Positions 62,464 to 64,000 of a stretch of 64,000 bases of DNA are shown here, one piece after another (within the stretch, counting starts at the first letter, position 1; every line of letters begins with the position of its first letter). The notes beneath the pieces are model-generated. The model had not been told where the DNA came from, ran no database searches, and worked only from the letters and a program-made list of their open reading frames with translations. The stretch is from contig JBFJHJ010000013.1 of the NCBI GenBank assembly GCA_041613315.1, positions 1-64,000 on the forward strand, given 5' to 3'. A program made the position numbers and the translations under genes. This stretch comes from Gemmatimonadales bacterium. GTDB lineage: Bacteria; Gemmatimonadota; Gemmatimonadetes; Gemmatimonadales; GWC2-71-9.

Positions 62464-64000
62464 ATGGCGACGATGGCAGCGACGATCGATCACGCCCACG
62501 CCCACGTGGACGATCGGTCGTTCCTCCGCAAGTACATCTTTTCGACCGACCACAAGATCATCGGGATTCAGTTCCTCATGTTGAGCTTGCTGTTCCTGCT
62601 GATCGGCGGCCTGCTCGCGATGATGATGCGGTGGGAGCTGGGCTTCCCGACGCAGCCGATGCCCGGCGGCACCCTGTTGCCGGAGACGATGGCGCCGGGC
62701 GGGATTCTCCTGCCGGAGTTCTACAACTCCCTCGTCACCATGCACGGCACGTTCATGGTGTTCTTCGCGATCATGCCGCTCTTGGTGGGCGTCTTCGCGA
62801 ACTACTTGATCCCGCTCAAGCTCGGCGCGCCGGACATGGCGTTCCCCCGGTTGAACATGGCGTCGTTCTGGATCGCCGTGCCGGCCGGGGTCCTCATGCT
62901 CGCGGGCTTCTTCGTCGAGGGCGGCGCCGCCGGTGCCGGGTGGACGTCATACGCGCCGCTCAGCGCCAACGCCGAGTACTCCGGCGTGAGCTTGGGGCAA
63001 GAGCTCTGGTGTCTCAGTCTCGTCGTGTTGGGGCTCTCGTCAATCCTGGGCGCCACGAACTACATCACGACGGTGATCAACATGCGGGCGCCCGGGATGA
63101 CCTGGTTCCGCATGCCGCTCTCGATCTGGTCGCTGTTCATCACCGCGATCCTGACGCTCCTCGCGATCCCGATTCTGTCGGGAGCGGCGATTATGCTGCT
63201 CTTCGATCAGACGATCGGGACGACCTTCTTCCTGCCGGCGGAGGGCGGGCAGCCGCTGCTGTGGCAGCACCTGTTCTGGTTCTTCGGGCACCCGGAGGTC
63301 TACATCCTCATCCTGCCGGCGATGGGCATGGTGTCGGACATCATCGCCAATGGCGCGCGCAAGCCGATCTTCGGCTATCACTCGATGGTCTACGCGATCA
63401 TCGGGATCGGCTTCCTGGGCTGGATCGTGTGGGGGCACCACATGTTCCAGAGCGGGATGAACCCGACGCTCGGTACGACCTTCATGATCTCGACCATGCT
63501 GATCGCCGTCCCGTCGGCCATCAAGACGTTCAACTGGCTGGGGACCCTGTGGCGCGGCAACATCCGGCTCCACGTGCCGATGCTGCACGCGTGCGCCTTC
63601 GTGGCGATGTTCGTCATCGGCGGATTGAGCGGTGTGTACATGGCGTCGACGCCGGTCGACATCTACATCCACGACACGTACTTCATCGTGGCGCACCTGC
63701 ATTACGTGCTGTTCGGCGGCAGCCTCTTCGCCCTATTCGGGGCCATCACGTTCTGGTACCCCAAGATGTTCGGCCGGATGATGAACCCGCTCTTGGGGAA
63801 GGCGCACTTCTGGCTGACGTTCCTGTTCTACAACCTCACTTTCTTCCCGATGCACGAACTGGGGCTGCAGGGCCACATGCGTCGGATCTACGACCCGACA
63901 CAGTATGCCTTCCTCCAGCACCTGCAGCCGCTCAACGAGTTCATCACGCTGAGCGCATTCCTGCTGTTCGCGGTACAGCTCATCTTCGCCGTGAACTTCA
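62464..64000 (+). CDS. ctaD: Second cytochrome c oxidase subunit I (A1 type; partial, runs off window end)
   Basis: Not in the ORF track. Hand translation: STDHKIIG, TMHGT, WFFGHPEVY, WGHHMF, VAHLHYV, GHMRRIY. Confidence 0.96.
   Translation, partial: MATMAATIDHAHAHVDDRSFLRKYIFSTDHKIIGIQFLMLSLLFLLIGGLLAMMMRWELGFPTQPMPGGTLLPETMAPGGILLPEFYNSLVTMHGTFMVFFAIMPLLVGVFANYLIPLKLGAPDMAFPRLNMASFWIAVPAGVLMLAGFFVEGGAAGAGWTSYAPLSANAEYSGVSLGQELWCLSLVVLGLSSILGATNYITTVINMRAPGMTWFRMPLSIWSLFITAILTLLAIPILSGAAIMLLFDQTIGTTFFLPAEGGQPLLWQHLFWFFGHPEVYILILPAMGMVSDIIANGARKPIFGYHSMVYAIIGIGFLGWIVWGHHMFQSGMNPTLGTTFMISTMLIAVPSAIKTFNWLGTLWRGNIRLHVPMLHACAFVAMFVIGGLSGVYMASTPVDIYIHDTYFIVAHLHYVLFGGSLFALFGAITFWYPKMFGRMMNPLLGKAHFWLTFLFYNLTFFPMHELGLQGHMRRIYDPTQYAFLQHLQPLNEFITLSAFLLFAVQLIFAVNF

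Noticed and set aside
1..64000. CRISPR arrays, tRNA/rRNA, transposases, integrases, prophage
   Set aside because: No regularly spaced repeats, RNA gene signatures or mobile-element protein motifs were recognised by eye.

Overview
High-GC bacterial chromosomal segment. Gene content and style suggest Gemmatimonadota, but that is inference. No rRNA, tRNA, CRISPR or mobile element was recognised. From left to right the window holds: (1) partial mmsA, a Tat-exported FAD oxidoreductase and a minus-strand cyt c / PQQ dehydrogenase / FAH-family / PAL-like operon; (2) ppc; (3) a 10-gene chemosensory cluster (Hpt, RR, CheA, CheW, MCP, HEAT protein, CheR, CheB, CheY, CheC) behind a sigma54-like promoter; (4) a run of mostly minus-strand transport and amide/peptide-processing genes, many with export signals, including pcm and greA; (5) a caa3-type oxidase operon whose subunit III gene has an in-frame TGA exactly at the conserved Trp of YWHFVD; (6) a ~13 kb plus-strand cluster (50630 to >64000). 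That cluster joins putative maturation genes (Mrp ATPase, Zn-ribbon protein, ferredoxin, USP protein with Cys-Pro motifs, AhbD/NirJ-like radical SAM; four PCP_red-like domain copies across three of them) to a CydA-like membrane protein without CydB, three c-type cytochromes, a cupredoxin-like lipoprotein and a second A1 heme-copper oxidase. Items 5 and 6 are the most interesting. All calls come from motif recognition by eye; no database searches were run.
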